From assembly GCA_015256915.3 (NCBI GenBank), contig CP076101.2, positions 150,001 to 182,000 of the forward strand: a stretch of DNA of 32,000 bases. The letters are read 5' to 3'. The notes beneath the pieces are model-generated. The model searched no databases and had not been told where the DNA came from. It saw only the letters and a list, made by a program, of their open reading frames with translations. A program made the translations under genes and the position numbers. The stretch is from Candidatus Saccharimonas sp. (GTDB lineage Bacteria > Patescibacteriota > Saccharimonadia > Saccharimonadales > Saccharimonadaceae). Positions 1 through 9,215 of the stretch are shown here, piece by piece (positions within the stretch are counted from its first letter, which is position 1; each line of letters starts with the position of its first letter).

Positions 1-459
1 GGTATTCAGGGCATTGCTGGAGTTGGTATACCTCAAACTCTAAGCTTAAATAATGGCATTCTTTCGCTTTCTCATGGGGGTGGAAGTATAGCGTTGCCAA
101 ATAATAATCTTGGTGCTTACTCTGTATTTCGAATGACTTCTGCTGATACTTCAAATGTTTTCGCTTCCGGAAGACTTGCACGAGAATTTGACGCTAATCG
201 AAACTACATGATAATCAATAACGCAACAGGTCAAGGCTTTATTCACGTTGATTTCTGGGCGAGTTCGGTTTCTGATAGTAAGCAAATTCTAAGCCTACCA
301 GCCAATGCTCCTACACCAAAAGAACTTTCTGAAGTCCAGTTGTTCGATGGTGGTAGTGTTTGGATTGTGCCGGGTGCTAAAAATGTACAGATTCAAGGTC
401 TTTCACCAAATAGGCGATATGTTAATAACATTCCAGTAATGGTTGAGCCTATCAAATAA
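1..459 (+). CDS. 3' end of a larger CDS entering from the left edge; collagen-like (G-X-Y) / tail-fibre-like repeat protein with a ~120 aa C-terminal globular domain
   Basis: Frame 1 is open from nt 1 (GIQGIAGVGIPQTLSLNNGILSLSHGGGSIAL...) and runs into the listed 94..459 ORF. Stop TAA at 457-459, followed by a hairpin terminator. The product call is by resemblance to tail-fibre/BclA-like proteins only. Confidence 0.55.
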   Translation, partial: GIQGIAGVGIPQTLSLNNGILSLSHGGGSIALPNNNLGAYSVFRMTSADTSNVFASGRLAREFDANRNYMIINNATGQGFIHVDFWASSVSDSKQILSLPANAPTPKELSEVQLFDGGSVWIVPGAKNVQIQGLSPNRRYVNNIPVMVEPIK

Positions 460-466
460 TATAAAA

Positions 467-493
467 AAGAGCGTCTAAAAAGGCGTTCTTTTT
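467..493 (+). terminator. intrinsic terminator
   Basis: aagagcgtct-aaaa-aggcgttctt forms a 10 bp stem (2 G-U pairs), followed by TTT. Confidence 0.65.
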
Positions 494-521
494 AAAGGTT
501 ATGGTTTTTTTAAAAAAAATA

Positions 522-535
522 TGATATAATATAAT
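522..535 (+). promoter_or_regulatory. extended -10 promoter of parA, (near-)leaderless
   Basis: TGaTATAAT at 522-530, with an overlapping second TATAAT at 530-535. The ATG at 540 lies only 4-9 nt downstream and there is no SD. Confidence 0.5.
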
Positions 536-539
536 TATT

Positions 540-1310
540 ATGAAGGTAATTTCGATAACCAATCAAAAGGGAGGAGTCGGCAAAACAACCAGCGCTATTA
601 ATATTGCTTATTTTATCGCAAAAAAGGGTTTTCGAACGCTTCTTGTAGATTTTGACCCACAAGGAAATGCAACTAGCGGTCTTGGTATTGACAAGAATAA
701 TCTTGATTTTACTATGGCAGATGTAGTTTCTGGTGAAAAGCAGTTAGGTGAAATCATTATTGAAACAGAATTTTCGAAATTAAAAATTGCACCAAGTACA
801 CCGATTTTAGCTAATGCTGAAGTTGAGCTCGCGTCAGCAAAAGGTCGATTTACTCGATTGAAAGATGCTTTAAAATCTGTCGAAGCCGATTTTGACTATG
901 TTATTTTAGATTCTCCACCAAGTTTGAGTCTATTGACTGTGAATGGTTTTATTGCTAGCGATTATTTAATACTACCAGTTCAGGCTGAATTTTATGCGAT
1001 GGAAGGCCTTGGCCAGCTTCTTGAAAGCATGAAGCTTGTGAAAAAGGGGATGAATCCAAACCTTGAGCTTCTTGGGGTTCTTCCAACAATGGTGGATTCT
1101 CGCACAACTTTGGGTGGGCAAGTCCTTGAAGAAATTAAAAAATTCTTTCCAGATAAGATTTTTTCGAATGCAATTCCGCGGAATATTCGTCTTGCAGAAG
1201 CTCCAAGTCATGGTGTTCCTATTGGTGTTTATGATAGGTTTAGTAAGGGGGCTCGTGCTTATAAAGCAGTTTCGAAAGAGATTATTCAGCGTATAGAAGG
1301 GAGCAAATAA
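540..1310 (+). CDS. parA: ParA/Soj chromosome-partitioning ATPase
   Basis: Deviant Walker A KGGVGKTT near the N-terminus. Has the DFDPQGN and LDSPPS motifs typical of ParA/MinD ATPases. 256 aa. Confidence 0.93.
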   Translation: MKVISITNQKGGVGKTTSAINIAYFIAKKGFRTLLVDFDPQGNATSGLGIDKNNLDFTMADVVSGEKQLGEIIIETEFSKLKIAPSTPILANAEVELASAKGRFTRLKDALKSVEADFDYVILDSPPSLSLLTVNGFIASDYLILPVQAEFYAMEGLGQLLESMKLVKKGMNPNLELLGVLPTMVDSRTTLGGQVLEEIKKFFPDKIFSNAIPRNIRLAEAPSHGVPIGVYDRFSKGARAYKAVSKEIIQRIEGSK

Positions 1311-2194
1311 TGGCAAAAAAAGGACTTGGTCGTGGATTCTCTTCTTTGATTCCAACCGAGATGATTATTGATGAAAAAATCGATTCAGAATTGGGTTTAG
1401 AATATGATAAAAGCCAACTAAAAGAACTAAAAATTAGTGATATTTCGCCTGATCCAGAGCAACCTCGCCGACACTTCAATAAGGAAAAGCTTGAAGAACT
1501 CGTGAACTCAATTAGAATTCATGGTGTTTTACAACCGATTGTAGTCGTTCGAAAAAACTCTAAGTTTTTAATTGTTGCTGGTGAGAGGCGTTATCGCGCC
1601 TCAAAGCTCGCGGGGCTAGAAAGGGTTCCTGCAGTTGTTCGTGAGCTTTCTGACCAGAACCGCCTCGAATTAAGTTTGATTGAAAATATTCAGCGCGATA
1701 ATTTAAATGTTCTTGAAATGGCTGAAGCCTATTTAAAACTTCGTGAACAATTTAATTTAACGGCAAAGGAAATTGGTGAACGCGTTGGTGGAAGGAGCGA
1801 AAGTGCAGTTTTAAATACCTTGCGCTTATTAAAACTTCCACAAATTGTTAAAGACTATATCATTTCTGGCAAACTAAAAGAAGGCCAAGCGCGCCCACTT
1901 TTAAAGATTGATGAGGAAACTATCAAAAAAATTCTACCAAAAATTATTGAAGAAAATTGGAGCTCACGTAAAATTGAACAATTCTTGGTGAATTATAAAA
2001 AGCAGATTGAAGAGTCTAAAAAAGTTGAACCTAAAAAAGTGAACAATCCTTTCGAAAAAACAGTTAAGCATATTTCGAAAAAGCTGAGTGCAGATGTAGA
2101 TATTAAAACTTCTGCAAGAGGTTCAGGAAAGATCGTTATAAAATTTAAAAGTGAAGAAGAATTAAAGCGACTTGAGAAAATTCTTTCAAAATAA
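1310..2194 (+). CDS. parB: ParB/Spo0J partition protein
   Basis: ParB box LIVAGERRYRAS and an HTH region (LTAKEIGERVGGRSESAVLNTLRLLKLP). The start overlaps the parA stop (TAATG). Confidence 0.93.
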   Translation: MAKKGLGRGFSSLIPTEMIIDEKIDSELGLEYDKSQLKELKISDISPDPEQPRRHFNKEKLEELVNSIRIHGVLQPIVVVRKNSKFLIVAGERRYRASKLAGLERVPAVVRELSDQNRLELSLIENIQRDNLNVLEMAEAYLKLREQFNLTAKEIGERVGGRSESAVLNTLRLLKLPQIVKDYIISGKLKEGQARPLLKIDEETIKKILPKIIEENWSSRKIEQFLVNYKKQIEESKKVEPKKVNNPFEKTVKHISKKLSADVDIKTSARGSGKIVIKFKSEEELKRLEKILSK

Positions 2195-2226
2195 AATAAC
2201 CCCCGTTAAAAGGGTTATTTTTTATA
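2195..2226. terminator. bidirectional intrinsic terminator (parB / lepB convergent)
   Basis: AATAACCC-ccgttaaaa-GGGTTATT, flanked by an A-run and a T-run. Confidence 0.75.
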
Positions 2227-2228
2227 TT

Positions 2229-2846
2229 TTAATAGTTCTGAGAATATTCAAAATTTCGAATTTTGTTAAAAGGAAAGATTCGGAAGGCAACAGGACCAAC
2301 AATTTTATATAGCGGAACGGTACCAAGACCACTTCGGGAGTCATACGAATTATTTCCCTCGCGATTATCACCTGAAACGAATATTTCATTTTCTGGAACA
2401 GTCCATTCTCCATCATGACTTGTATACTTTTTTGGTTCATTGTTAAAATTATCATCTGGGCTAAAACCGTCAGGATGCTTATCGTTGTAAACTGTTAATT
2501 TTCCTTTTTCAACTTTTACTTTTTCACCAGCAAAGGCGATCACGCGTTTAATGATATATTGATCTTTCATCCCGTCGATAAACTGTGGGTTTTCGAAAAC
2601 AATAATCTCACCACGTTTTGGTATAAATTTTGTGTTCGTAAAATTTGCCCAAGTTAAGGGTAAGCGATTTATAATGGCTTTATCGCCGTCTTTAAAAGTT
2701 GGTTCCATGCTCGAGCCGACGATTGTGAAGCTTTGAAAAATAAAAGTATTAATAAAGATTGTTCCTAAAGTTACACAAAAAAAGAAAACAAAAATCCCGA
2801 AAGTGTCGGCTATTCGAGGATGCCGTTGCCAAAAATTACTCTTCAT
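2229..2846 (-). CDS. lepB: signal peptidase I (S26)
   Basis: N-terminal TM segment, catalytic Ser box GSSMEPTF, Lys box YIIKRVIAFAGEKV, and box E GDNREGNNSYDSR. Confidence 0.9.
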   Translation of the reverse strand: MKSNFWQRHPRIADTFGIFVFFFCVTLGTIFINTFIFQSFTIVGSSMEPTFKDGDKAIINRLPLTWANFTNTKFIPKRGEIIVFENPQFIDGMKDQYIIKRVIAFAGEKVKVEKGKLTVYNDKHPDGFSPDDNFNNEPKKYTSHDGEWTVPENEIFVSGDNREGNNSYDSRSGLGTVPLYKIVGPVAFRIFPFNKIRNFEYSQNY

Positions 2847-2852
2847 TTTTAT

Positions 2853-2861
2853 ATTTTAGCA
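2853..2861 (-). promoter_or_regulatory. extended -10 promoter of lepB, leaderless
   Basis: The minus strand reads TGCTAAAAT, then 6 nt (ataaaa), then the ATG at 2846. Confidence 0.5.
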
Positions 2862-2904
2862 TGATTTTTAAAGATTTTCAATTATGGTTATTTTTAAAAT
2901 TGTG

Positions 2905-2913
2905 TGATATAAT
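2905..2913 (+). promoter_or_regulatory. extended -10 element upstream of 2923 gene
   Basis: TGaTATAAT, then 9 nt (ggaggaagt), then ATG. The GGAGG lies between the -10 and the start, so whether it is transcribed from this promoter is unclear. Confidence 0.4.
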
Positions 2914-2922
2914 GGAGGAAGT

Positions 2923-3708
2923 ATGGATTTTATTAGAATTTCGAAAAAATATTCTTTTTGGGGAAATATTGCGCATATTTTTTTAAATATTATTTTGGCG
3001 GTTATAGTTTGGCTCTCCATTTATATTACTAAAACCCCTTGGATTGCAATTCTCTTGGTTTTTGTGAGTAAATGGCGAACTTTTGCTGTTAGGCCAAGAT
3101 TTTGGCTTGCAAACGTAAAATCAAATCTTGTTGATTTAATTTTTTCGTTAAGTATAGTTATTTTAATGTTCTCAACAGGTATAGACTATATTTTTTCGCA
3201 AGGGCTACTCTTGGCTTTATATATATTTTGGTTAACAATCATCAAGCCAAGCTCAAAAGAATTATTCGTGCAAGTTCAAGCTCTTTTCACCGTATTCTTT
3301 GGGTTTTCGGCTTTATATTCGATTGCCTATGGTTGGAACGAAGCTTTAATTTTTATCTTGGCATTTTTGCTCGGATATTCAACAATTCGGCATATTATTT
3401 CATCTTATGCAGATTTAAATATTGAGATTTTCAGTCTTTTTTGGGGTCTAATTGTTGCTGAATTTGCTTGGATATTTAACTTTTTGGTGATTGGCTATCG
3501 CATTAACTTTGCGCCATATTTTAATTTTGTAATTCCTCAGGCTGCAATTATTTTAACAGTTTTAAGTTTTATTGGTTTTAATGTGATTGTTTCAGATAAA
3601 GATAAAGAAAGGGAACGAAAAGAATTTCTACCAGAGGTGATTTTTGCAACAATTCTCATCTTGACTTTATTGTTATTCTTTTCTTCAATCCCAGTTGCGA
3701 AAGGTTAA
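2923..3708 (+). CDS. polytopic integral membrane protein, function unknown
   Basis: 261 aa with at least 6 long hydrophobic segments and no motif I recognise. Probably co-transcribed with htrA (4 nt gap). Confidence 0.7.
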   Translation: MDFIRISKKYSFWGNIAHIFLNIILAVIVWLSIYITKTPWIAILLVFVSKWRTFAVRPRFWLANVKSNLVDLIFSLSIVILMFSTGIDYIFSQGLLLALYIFWLTIIKPSSKELFVQVQALFTVFFGFSALYSIAYGWNEALIFILAFLLGYSTIRHIISSYADLNIEIFSLFWGLIVAEFAWIFNFLVIGYRINFAPYFNFVIPQAAIILTVLSFIGFNVIVSDKDKERERKEFLPEVIFATILILTLLLFFSSIPVAKG

Positions 3709-3711
3709 GGT

Positions 3712-4869
3712 ATGAATTTTCAAAAATATTTTAAAAAGCCAAAAAGTCAATTTTTAATAGCCATAATTATGGTGGTGGTTGTATTTTGTATAATTATTTT
3801 AGCTCAAATTATATCAAAAAGTAATTTTAATAAGAATAAAACTGGGTCTGCAAACTTTAACTTTTCGGCAAGCGATAAAGCTTCGAATTTTGCGAATCAA
3901 ATGGATTCTAATTCGATTGAGTCGGTTGCGAATAGGGTTTCGCAAAGTGTTGTTTCTATTGTTAGCAAAAATCAAAAAAGTTCAAGATTCTTTTATTCAA
4001 CAGAAGATTCTGCAAGCGCAGGAACGGGAATTATTATTAGTGAAAATGGCTATATCTTAACGAACAAGCACGTTATTGAAAAATCTTCTGAAATCTTAGT
4101 TGTTACTAATAATGGCGATTCTTATGAAAACGTTAGAGTGGTTATGGTCGACCCAATGAGTGATATTGCGATTTTAAAGATTTCGAACGCAAAAGGATTG
4201 AAAGCTGCCGAGCTTGGAGATTCGAAGAAAATAAATATCGGACAGCAAGTGATTGCGATCGGAAATGCTTTGGGCGAATATGACGGTACTGTCACAAGTG
4301 GCATTATTTCTGGAATTGGTCGTACAGTTGAGGCTTCTAGCGAAGACGGTTCTTCGAGAGAAGTTTTGACCGATATGATTCAAACAGACGCGGCAATCAA
4401 TAGTGGAAATTCTGGTGGTCCTTTAGTGAATGCACAAGGACAGGTAATTGGAATTAATACTGCAGTAGCCTCTAAAGCTCAAAGCATTGGTTTTGCAATA
4501 CCGATATCTTCAGTAAAGGGTATCTTAAAATCTATTAGTAAAGGCAAGGAACCGAAACGAGCTTATCTTGGAGCGAGTTATATATCAATTAATCAGCAAA
4601 TTAGAAAAAAATATAATCTTGATGTTTCGAAAGGCGCTTTAGTTAAGTCGAGAAAAGGCAATGCTATTGTCTATGGTAGCCCTGCGCAAAAAGCTGGTTT
4701 AAAAGACGGAGACATAATCACAAAAATTGATGGTGTTGAGGTTTCTAAAAATTCCAGCATTAGTTCTTTAATCGGTGAAAAGTCCGTTGGTGATATTATT
4801 GAAATTTCTTATATTCGAGACGGTAGAGAAAAATCTACTCGCGCAACTCTTGAAGAATATCATAAATAA
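3712..4869 (+). CDS. htrA: HtrA/DegP-family serine protease (S1C) with C-terminal PDZ domain
   Basis: N-terminal TM anchor. Catalytic triad contexts are TNKHV, DIAILK and GNSGGPL. PDZ signature GSPAQKAGLKDGDIITKIDG. Confidence 0.9.
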   Translation: MNFQKYFKKPKSQFLIAIIMVVVVFCIIILAQIISKSNFNKNKTGSANFNFSASDKASNFANQMDSNSIESVANRVSQSVVSIVSKNQKSSRFFYSTEDSASAGTGIIISENGYILTNKHVIEKSSEILVVTNNGDSYENVRVVMVDPMSDIAILKISNAKGLKAAELGDSKKINIGQQVIAIGNALGEYDGTVTSGIISGIGRTVEASSEDGSSREVLTDMIQTDAAINSGNSGGPLVNAQGQVIGINTAVASKAQSIGFAIPISSVKGILKSISKGKEPKRAYLGASYISINQQIRKKYNLDVSKGALVKSRKGNAIVYGSPAQKAGLKDGDIITKIDGVEVSKNSSISSLIGEKSVGDIIEISYIRDGREKSTRATLEEYHK

Positions 4870-4898
4870 AAATAACCCCTTGTTGGGTTATTTTTTTT
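4870..4898. terminator. bidirectional intrinsic terminator (htrA / prmC convergent)
   Basis: AATAACCC-cttgtt-GGGTTATT followed by T8. It overlaps the last codons and stop of prmC. The arms are identical to the terminator at 2195. Confidence 0.75.
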
Positions 4899-5721
4899 CG
4901 AAAACAATTGTGTAATTTTCTGAATAAGTTTTTGAGAAACCACATTTTTTGGCGTAATTCTCAATTTCCTCAAATTGAGATGGGTCGGCTTCAAGAATAA
5001 TTTTTTGTAATTTTGGTAAATCTTGAGCTTGAAAAATTAAATTAAAGATTGCCTCTAATCCGTTTTTCTGAGCATAAAGTGCAATTTGTGGTTCATAATG
5101 TAGCTCATTATTCTTTTCGAAATTTACCCAATCTTTATTAACATAAGGCAGATTTGCTGTAATTATTGTTATTTTTGAAAGAATTTCTGACGGTATTTGG
5201 CTTAAAAGGTCACTTTCGAAAAGCTCAATTTTACTTTCAAGGATTTTTATAGCGTTTAGATTCGCCACAGAAAGCGCTTGAAGTGAAATGTCGCTCGCAA
5301 AAAAATCAATATTTTCGCCAAGCTCAGCTTTTAGAGTGATTGGAATTATTCCAGAACCTGTACCAACATCTAAAATTTTATCACCTTTTTTGGCAATTTT
5401 TTTAGTAATTTCAATTAAGGTTTCAGTTTCTGGGCGAGGAACTAGTACATTTTCGTTCACGAAAAAAGTTCTTCCAAAAAACTCCTTTTCTCGAAAAATA
5501 TAAGCGAGCGGAATCCTCTTCAGGCGCTTATTTAAAAAATTATTTGCGTGAAAAACCAGAGTTTTCGAAAGCTTTTTTTGCGGATTTGCATGTAAAAAAG
5601 TTCGTTCAACTTTTAAAACGTTTGCTAAAATTAGCTCAGCATCAAGTTGTGAACTCTCAATTTTAGCATTTCTAAGTTTTTGAGCTGATTTTTTCAGCCA
5701 AGATTCAATAGTCTCTCGCAT
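4888..5721 (-). CDS. prmC: release-factor glutamine N5-methyltransferase PrmC/HemK
   Basis: SAM-binding motif ILDVGTGSGI. Sits immediately downstream of prfA, the conserved pairing. The catalytic tetrapeptide reads NLPY rather than NPPY. Confidence 0.85.
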   Translation of the reverse strand: MRETIESWLKKSAQKLRNAKIESSQLDAELILANVLKVERTFLHANPQKKLSKTLVFHANNFLNKRLKRIPLAYIFREKEFFGRTFFVNENVLVPRPETETLIEITKKIAKKGDKILDVGTGSGIIPITLKAELGENIDFFASDISLQALSVANLNAIKILESKIELFESDLLSQIPSEILSKITIITANLPYVNKDWVNFEKNNELHYEPQIALYAQKNGLEAIFNLIFQAQDLPKLQKIILEADPSQFEEIENYAKKCGFSKTYSENYTIVFEKK

Positions 5722-5724
5722 AAA

Positions 5725-6804
5725 TTAGTTATTTTCTGAAGCGTTAGCGGCCAAGAATTCAAGTTCGGCAGCTTGCAAGTGCTCAACAATATCTGAAATT
5801 TGCCCATTCATTGCGGCTGGAATATTGCTTCTTGAAAAGCCAATCCGGTGGTCGGTGATGCGATCTTGCGGGAAGTTGTAAGTTCGAATCTTTTCGGAGC
5901 GGTCACCAGAGCCAATTAGGCTGCGGCGTTCGGCTGTAAGTTTGGCGTTTTCTTCATCAATTTTAGCTTGAAGTAGGCGCGCACGCAAAATTCCAAGGGC
6001 TTTTTCCTTGTTCTTAATTTGTGATTTTTCATCTTGGTTTGTAACCACCATGCCAGTTGGAATGTGGGTGATTCGCACAGCAGAATCGGTCGTGTTCACA
6101 CTCTGACCGCCATGACCACCCGAACGATAGACATCAATTCGTAAATCATTCGGATTGATCTCAATATCAGCCTCTTCGGCCTCAGGCAAAACTGCTACTG
6201 TTACAGTTGAAGTGTGGATTCGCCCTTGCGATTCAGTAGCCGGAATGCGTTGAACTCGATGAACGCCACTTTCGAATTTTAATTTTGAGTAAGGAGCATC
6301 GCCTTTTACCCCAAAAACAACTTCTTTATAGCCGCCAGCATCGTTTGCAGATTCGCTCAAAAGTTCGGTCTTTAAGCCATTTTGTTCGCAATATCGCAGA
6401 TACATGCGGTAAAGTTCGCTCGCAAAAAGGGAAGCTTCGTCGCCACCGGCTCCTGCACGGATTTCAACAATCACGTTCTTCTCATCATTCGGATCTTTAG
6501 GGAGAAGCATTTCGAAAAGCTCCTGTTCGAGATTAGCAAGCTTTTCTTCGCTTTCAGCGATTTCAATTTTGGCAAGTTCTGCAAGTTCACCAGTCTCAAG
6601 ACTAGCAAGTTCACGCGCTTCTTCGATATTTTTTTCAAGATTTTCGCGCAATTCACCACGCTCGATAATTTTTTCGAGTTCAGTAAATCGCTTATTTTTG
6701 GTAGAAAAATCAGGCGAAGAATAAGCGTTTGGTTCGCTCAAAAAAGCCTGAATTTCTTCGCGCTCAGTTTTAAGTTTCTCAAGATTTAAATCAATTTTTG
6801 GCAT
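5725..6804 (-). CDS. prfA: peptide chain release factor 1
   Basis: GGQ motif ([24 protein letters not shown]) and RF1-type PAT tripeptide ([14 protein letters not shown]). Start placed at MPKIDLN (6804), because the upstream Met lies inside the promoter. Confidence 0.93.
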   Translation of the reverse strand: MPKIDLNLEKLKTEREEIQAFLSEPNAYSSPDFSTKNKRFTELEKIIERGELRENLEKNIEEARELASLETGELAELAKIEIAESEEKLANLEQELFEMLLPKDPNDEKNVIVEIRAGAGGDEASLFASELYRMYLRYCEQNGLKTELLSESANDAGGYKEVVFGVKGDAPYSKLKFESGVHRVQRIPATESQGRIHTSTVTVAVLPEAEEADIEINPNDLRIDVYRSGGHGGQSVNTTDSAVRITHIPTGMVVTNQDEKSQIKNKEKALGILRARLLQAKIDEENAKLTAERRSLIGSGDRSEKIRTYNFPQDRITDHRIGFSRSNIPAAMNGQISDIVEHLQAAELEFLAANASENN

Positions 6805-6811
6805 ATAAAAT

Positions 6812-6820
6812 ATTATACCA
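6812..6820 (-). promoter_or_regulatory. extended -10 promoter of prfA-prmC, leaderless
   Basis: The minus strand reads TGGTATAAT, then 7 nt, then the ATG at 6804. Confidence 0.5.
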
Positions 6821-6863
6821 GAAAATCGCATAAATTTGAAGTATTGAAATTTGATTGTGGTTA

Positions 6864-6872
6864 TGATAAGAT
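6864..6872 (+). promoter_or_regulatory. extended -10 promoter of ung, leaderless
   Basis: TGaTAAGAT, then 6 nt (tttgat), then the ATG at 6879. Confidence 0.45.
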
Positions 6873-6878
6873 TTTGAT

Positions 6879-7541
6879 ATGAAAATAACTTCTTGGCGAG
6901 AATTTATCGAAAATGAAGCCGAAAAGCCATATTTTAAAAAGTTGTGGCAAAAAGTTGAACGTGAACGCATTTCGAAAGATATTTTTCCTGCAAGAGAAGA
7001 TATTTTTTCTTGTTTTAAAGAATGCCCACTTAAAAAAACTAAGGTTGTGATTATTGGTCAAGATCCTTATCATGGAGAAGGGCAGGCACATGGAATGAGT
7101 TTTTCGGTCAAAAAAGGTGTTAGAATTCCGCCAAGTTTGCAAAATATTTATAAAGAACTTCAAAGTGATCTAGGAATTGAGCCGGCCAGCGATGGTTTTT
7201 TAGAGTCTTGGGCCGAGCAAGGTGTTTTACTGCTGAATACTTCTTTTAGTGTTGAAAAAGGCAAGCCAGCAAGTCATGCAAATTTTGGCTGGATGGAGTT
7301 TTCTGAACATGTTTTAGATTTTTTAAATGATTTCGAAAAGCCGTTAGTTTTTATTTTGTGGGGAGCACATGCACAAAAAGTTGGTGCCCGAATAACTAAT
7401 TCAAAACACCTTAAAATTGAGAGTGCACACCCTTCGCCATTTTCAGCGCGGCGTGGATTTTTTGGCTCAAAGCCTTTTTCTAAAGTGAATAAATTTTTAG
7501 AACAAAATGGTGAAACTCCAATTGATTGGCGTGTAAAATAA
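6879..7541 (+). CDS. ung: uracil-DNA glycosylase, family 1
   Basis: Motifs [18 protein letters not shown] and HPSPFSA. 220 aa. Confidence 0.93.
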   Translation: MKITSWREFIENEAEKPYFKKLWQKVERERISKDIFPAREDIFSCFKECPLKKTKVVIIGQDPYHGEGQAHGMSFSVKKGVRIPPSLQNIYKELQSDLGIEPASDGFLESWAEQGVLLLNTSFSVEKGKPASHANFGWMEFSEHVLDFLNDFEKPLVFILWGAHAQKVGARITNSKHLKIESAHPSPFSARRGFFGSKPFSKVNKFLEQNGETPIDWRVK

Positions 7542-7569
7542 AAATCTCGCAATTAAATGCGAGATTTTT
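7541..7569. terminator. bidirectional intrinsic terminator (ung / rpmE convergent)
   Basis: ATCTCGC-aattaaat-GCGAGAT, flanked by A4 and T4. Confidence 0.75.
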
Positions 7570-7581
7570 CGATTAAACGAA

Positions 7582-7902
7582 TTATCGTTCAGCTTTTTTA
7601 GCTTTTTCAGCAGCTTGTTTTTTGGCTTTATTTGCCAAAGCAGCTTTGCGAGCTTCTGCCATTTCTTGGGCTCGTTTGAAGCGATCAACACGACCTTCGG
7701 TGTCGATGATTTTTTCTTCACCAGTAAAGAATGGGTGAGAAGCACTTGAGATGTGCATTTTTACAAGTGGGTATTCGTTGCCGTCTTCCCATTTGATTGT
7801 TTCTTTTGAATCTGCTGTTGAGCGAGTCAAGAAAGCAAATCCAGCCACCTCGTCGCTAAATACGACAGGGCGATATTCGGTTGGATGTAAATTCTTTTTC
7901 AT
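7582..7902 (-). CDS. rpmE: 50S ribosomal protein L31, type B (no CxxC zinc motif), with Lys/Ala-rich C-terminal extension
   Basis: [15 protein letters not shown]...HPFFTG core. 106 aa, with the tail [31 protein letters not shown]. Confidence 0.88.
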   Translation of the reverse strand: MKKNLHPTEYRPVVFSDEVAGFAFLTRSTADSKETIKWEDGNEYPLVKMHISSASHPFFTGEEKIIDTEGRVDRFKRAQEMAEARKAALANKAKKQAAEKAKKAER

Positions 7903-7911
7903 AACTTTTCC

Positions 7912-7920
7912 ATTTTAGCA
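7912..7920 (-). promoter_or_regulatory. extended -10 promoter of rpmE
   Basis: The minus strand reads TGCTAAAAT, then 9 nt, then the ATG at 7902. Confidence 0.45.
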
Positions 7921-7985
7921 GATTATTTCGAAAAAAGCAAATTTAATTTTCTTAAAAAGATATTTATGAAACATTATGCTCGTGC

Positions 7986-8014
7986 TTGCAAATAATTTTG
8001 AAATAGTGTATTTT
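7986..8014 (+). promoter_or_regulatory. sigma70-type promoter of 8048 surface protein
   Basis: TTGCAA-N17-TATTTT. An AAGGAG SD precedes the ATG. Confidence 0.4.
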
Positions 8015-8047
8015 GGTGCCATAAATAGTTAATTTAAGGAGTTACAA

Positions 8048-9064
8048 ATGAAAAAACTAACCATTCTAATGGTTGTGGGAATTCTTACTTTCTCTGGTTT
8101 TGTGAGTTTATTGACTGGCAAAAATGTATCCGCCGTTAAATCTGGCGACATGCAAAGTTTGGAAGAAGAAATCGCAAGTAATAAAGCTAAACTTGAAAAC
8201 CAAATAGCTTTTCTTAAGAATTTAGAAATTAAGGCAGATAAATATATTAAAAATGAAAGTTCAATTTCGCCATCAAATCAAGCTCAAAGATATTTAGAAA
8301 AATTGAATAAAGACGATTTTTATGTTCTTGAATATCGAGAAGCTGTTATGAAAGAGATTGAGCATATTAACGAATTGGCTGAGAAAAAATATCAAGGCGT
8401 TTATGAGCAACTTCCGGAATTAAAAGAATTGCAAGAACGAATTGCAAATGCAATTTTGGCGCTAACAGATGAAGGAAATTTTATCGCACATATCGAAAAT
8501 CGTCAAAAAGAACTTTTGGGTGAAAAAGATTTGAACAAAGCTGAGCAAAATGCAAAAATGCTTAAAGCTATCATTAATAGATATTTTAATAAATTGCGAG
8601 CTCAATATGGAAACGAGTTTCTTCTTGCTGATCGTTTCAAATCTAGCTTGATTGCTGGAATCGACAACGTTACAAATCAAATTAATAAAAAAATTGAAGA
8701 ACAAAAGATGAAGGCTGCTGAGGAAGAGCTCAAAAAGGCCGCACAAGAAGAAGCTGATCGTTTGAAGAAAGACGAAGAAAATAATTCTGACGCTTGGGAG
8801 AAAATCGCAAACGAAGAAAATAAGAAAAATGAGAATAAAAAGCAAGACGAAAAGCTTGATGAAAAACAGGGGCAGAATTTGAGCGAAGTAAAAGCTTCCG
8901 AATTACTTGAAAATCAAATTTCAAAAAAAGATAATAAACAGATTCAAAAACTTCAAGCTCCGAATACTGGTGAAAACCGAAAGCAGAGCTTCGAAATTGC
9001 TTTGATCAGTGTTATTTCAATAATTCTTGCGGTAATTTCTGGGGTTGTTATCAAACGACAATAA
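8048..9064 (+). CDS. secreted coiled-coil surface protein with C-terminal APNTG cell-wall sorting-type signal
   Basis: Signal peptide (MKKLTILMVVGILTFSGFVSLLTGKNVSA). Long Glu/Lys-rich heptad-like region. C-terminus has QAPNTGE (nt 8957-8971), a hydrophobic helix, then KRQ. Confidence 0.75.
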   Translation: MKKLTILMVVGILTFSGFVSLLTGKNVSAVKSGDMQSLEEEIASNKAKLENQIAFLKNLEIKADKYIKNESSISPSNQAQRYLEKLNKDDFYVLEYREAVMKEIEHINELAEKKYQGVYEQLPELKELQERIANAILALTDEGNFIAHIENRQKELLGEKDLNKAEQNAKMLKAIINRYFNKLRAQYGNEFLLADRFKSSLIAGIDNVTNQINKKIEEQKMKAAEEELKKAAQEEADRLKKDEENNSDAWEKIANEENKKNENKKQDEKLDEKQGQNLSEVKASELLENQISKKDNKQIQKLQAPNTGENRKQSFEIALISVISIILAVISGVVIKRQ

Positions 9065-9070
9065 AATTAT

Positions 9071-9100
9071 AGAAGAGAGGTAATTTGCCTCTTTTCTTTT
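9071..9100 (+). terminator. intrinsic terminator
   Basis: agaagagagg-taatttg-cctcttttct forms a ~10 bp stem, followed by a T-run. Confidence 0.65.
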
Positions 9101-9111
9101 TATGCAAAGTG

Positions 9112-9120
9112 TGGTAGAAT
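9112..9120 (+). promoter_or_regulatory. extended -10 promoter of rpsB-tsf with ~90 nt leader
   Basis: TGGTAGAAT. Unlike most housekeeping genes here, a long leader and an AAAGGAG SD follow. Confidence 0.45.
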
Positions 9121-9215
9121 TGAAAAGTATATAAATTTAATGAAACAATTTTTGGGAGAATTCCTTTCGAAAGCTTTTCGAAATTATCCCCAAAAATGAA
9201 GACAAAGGAGTTAAA

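Noticed and set aside
1310-2194. Search for a parS site (TGTTNCACGTGAAACA-like) in or near parB, and for DnaA boxes (TTATCCACA) suggesting oriC.
   Set aside because: Only a partial CACGTG core was seen, at about 20815 inside the M16 peptidase gene. There was no convincing 16-mer and no DnaA-box cluster. parAB alone does not place oriC in this window.
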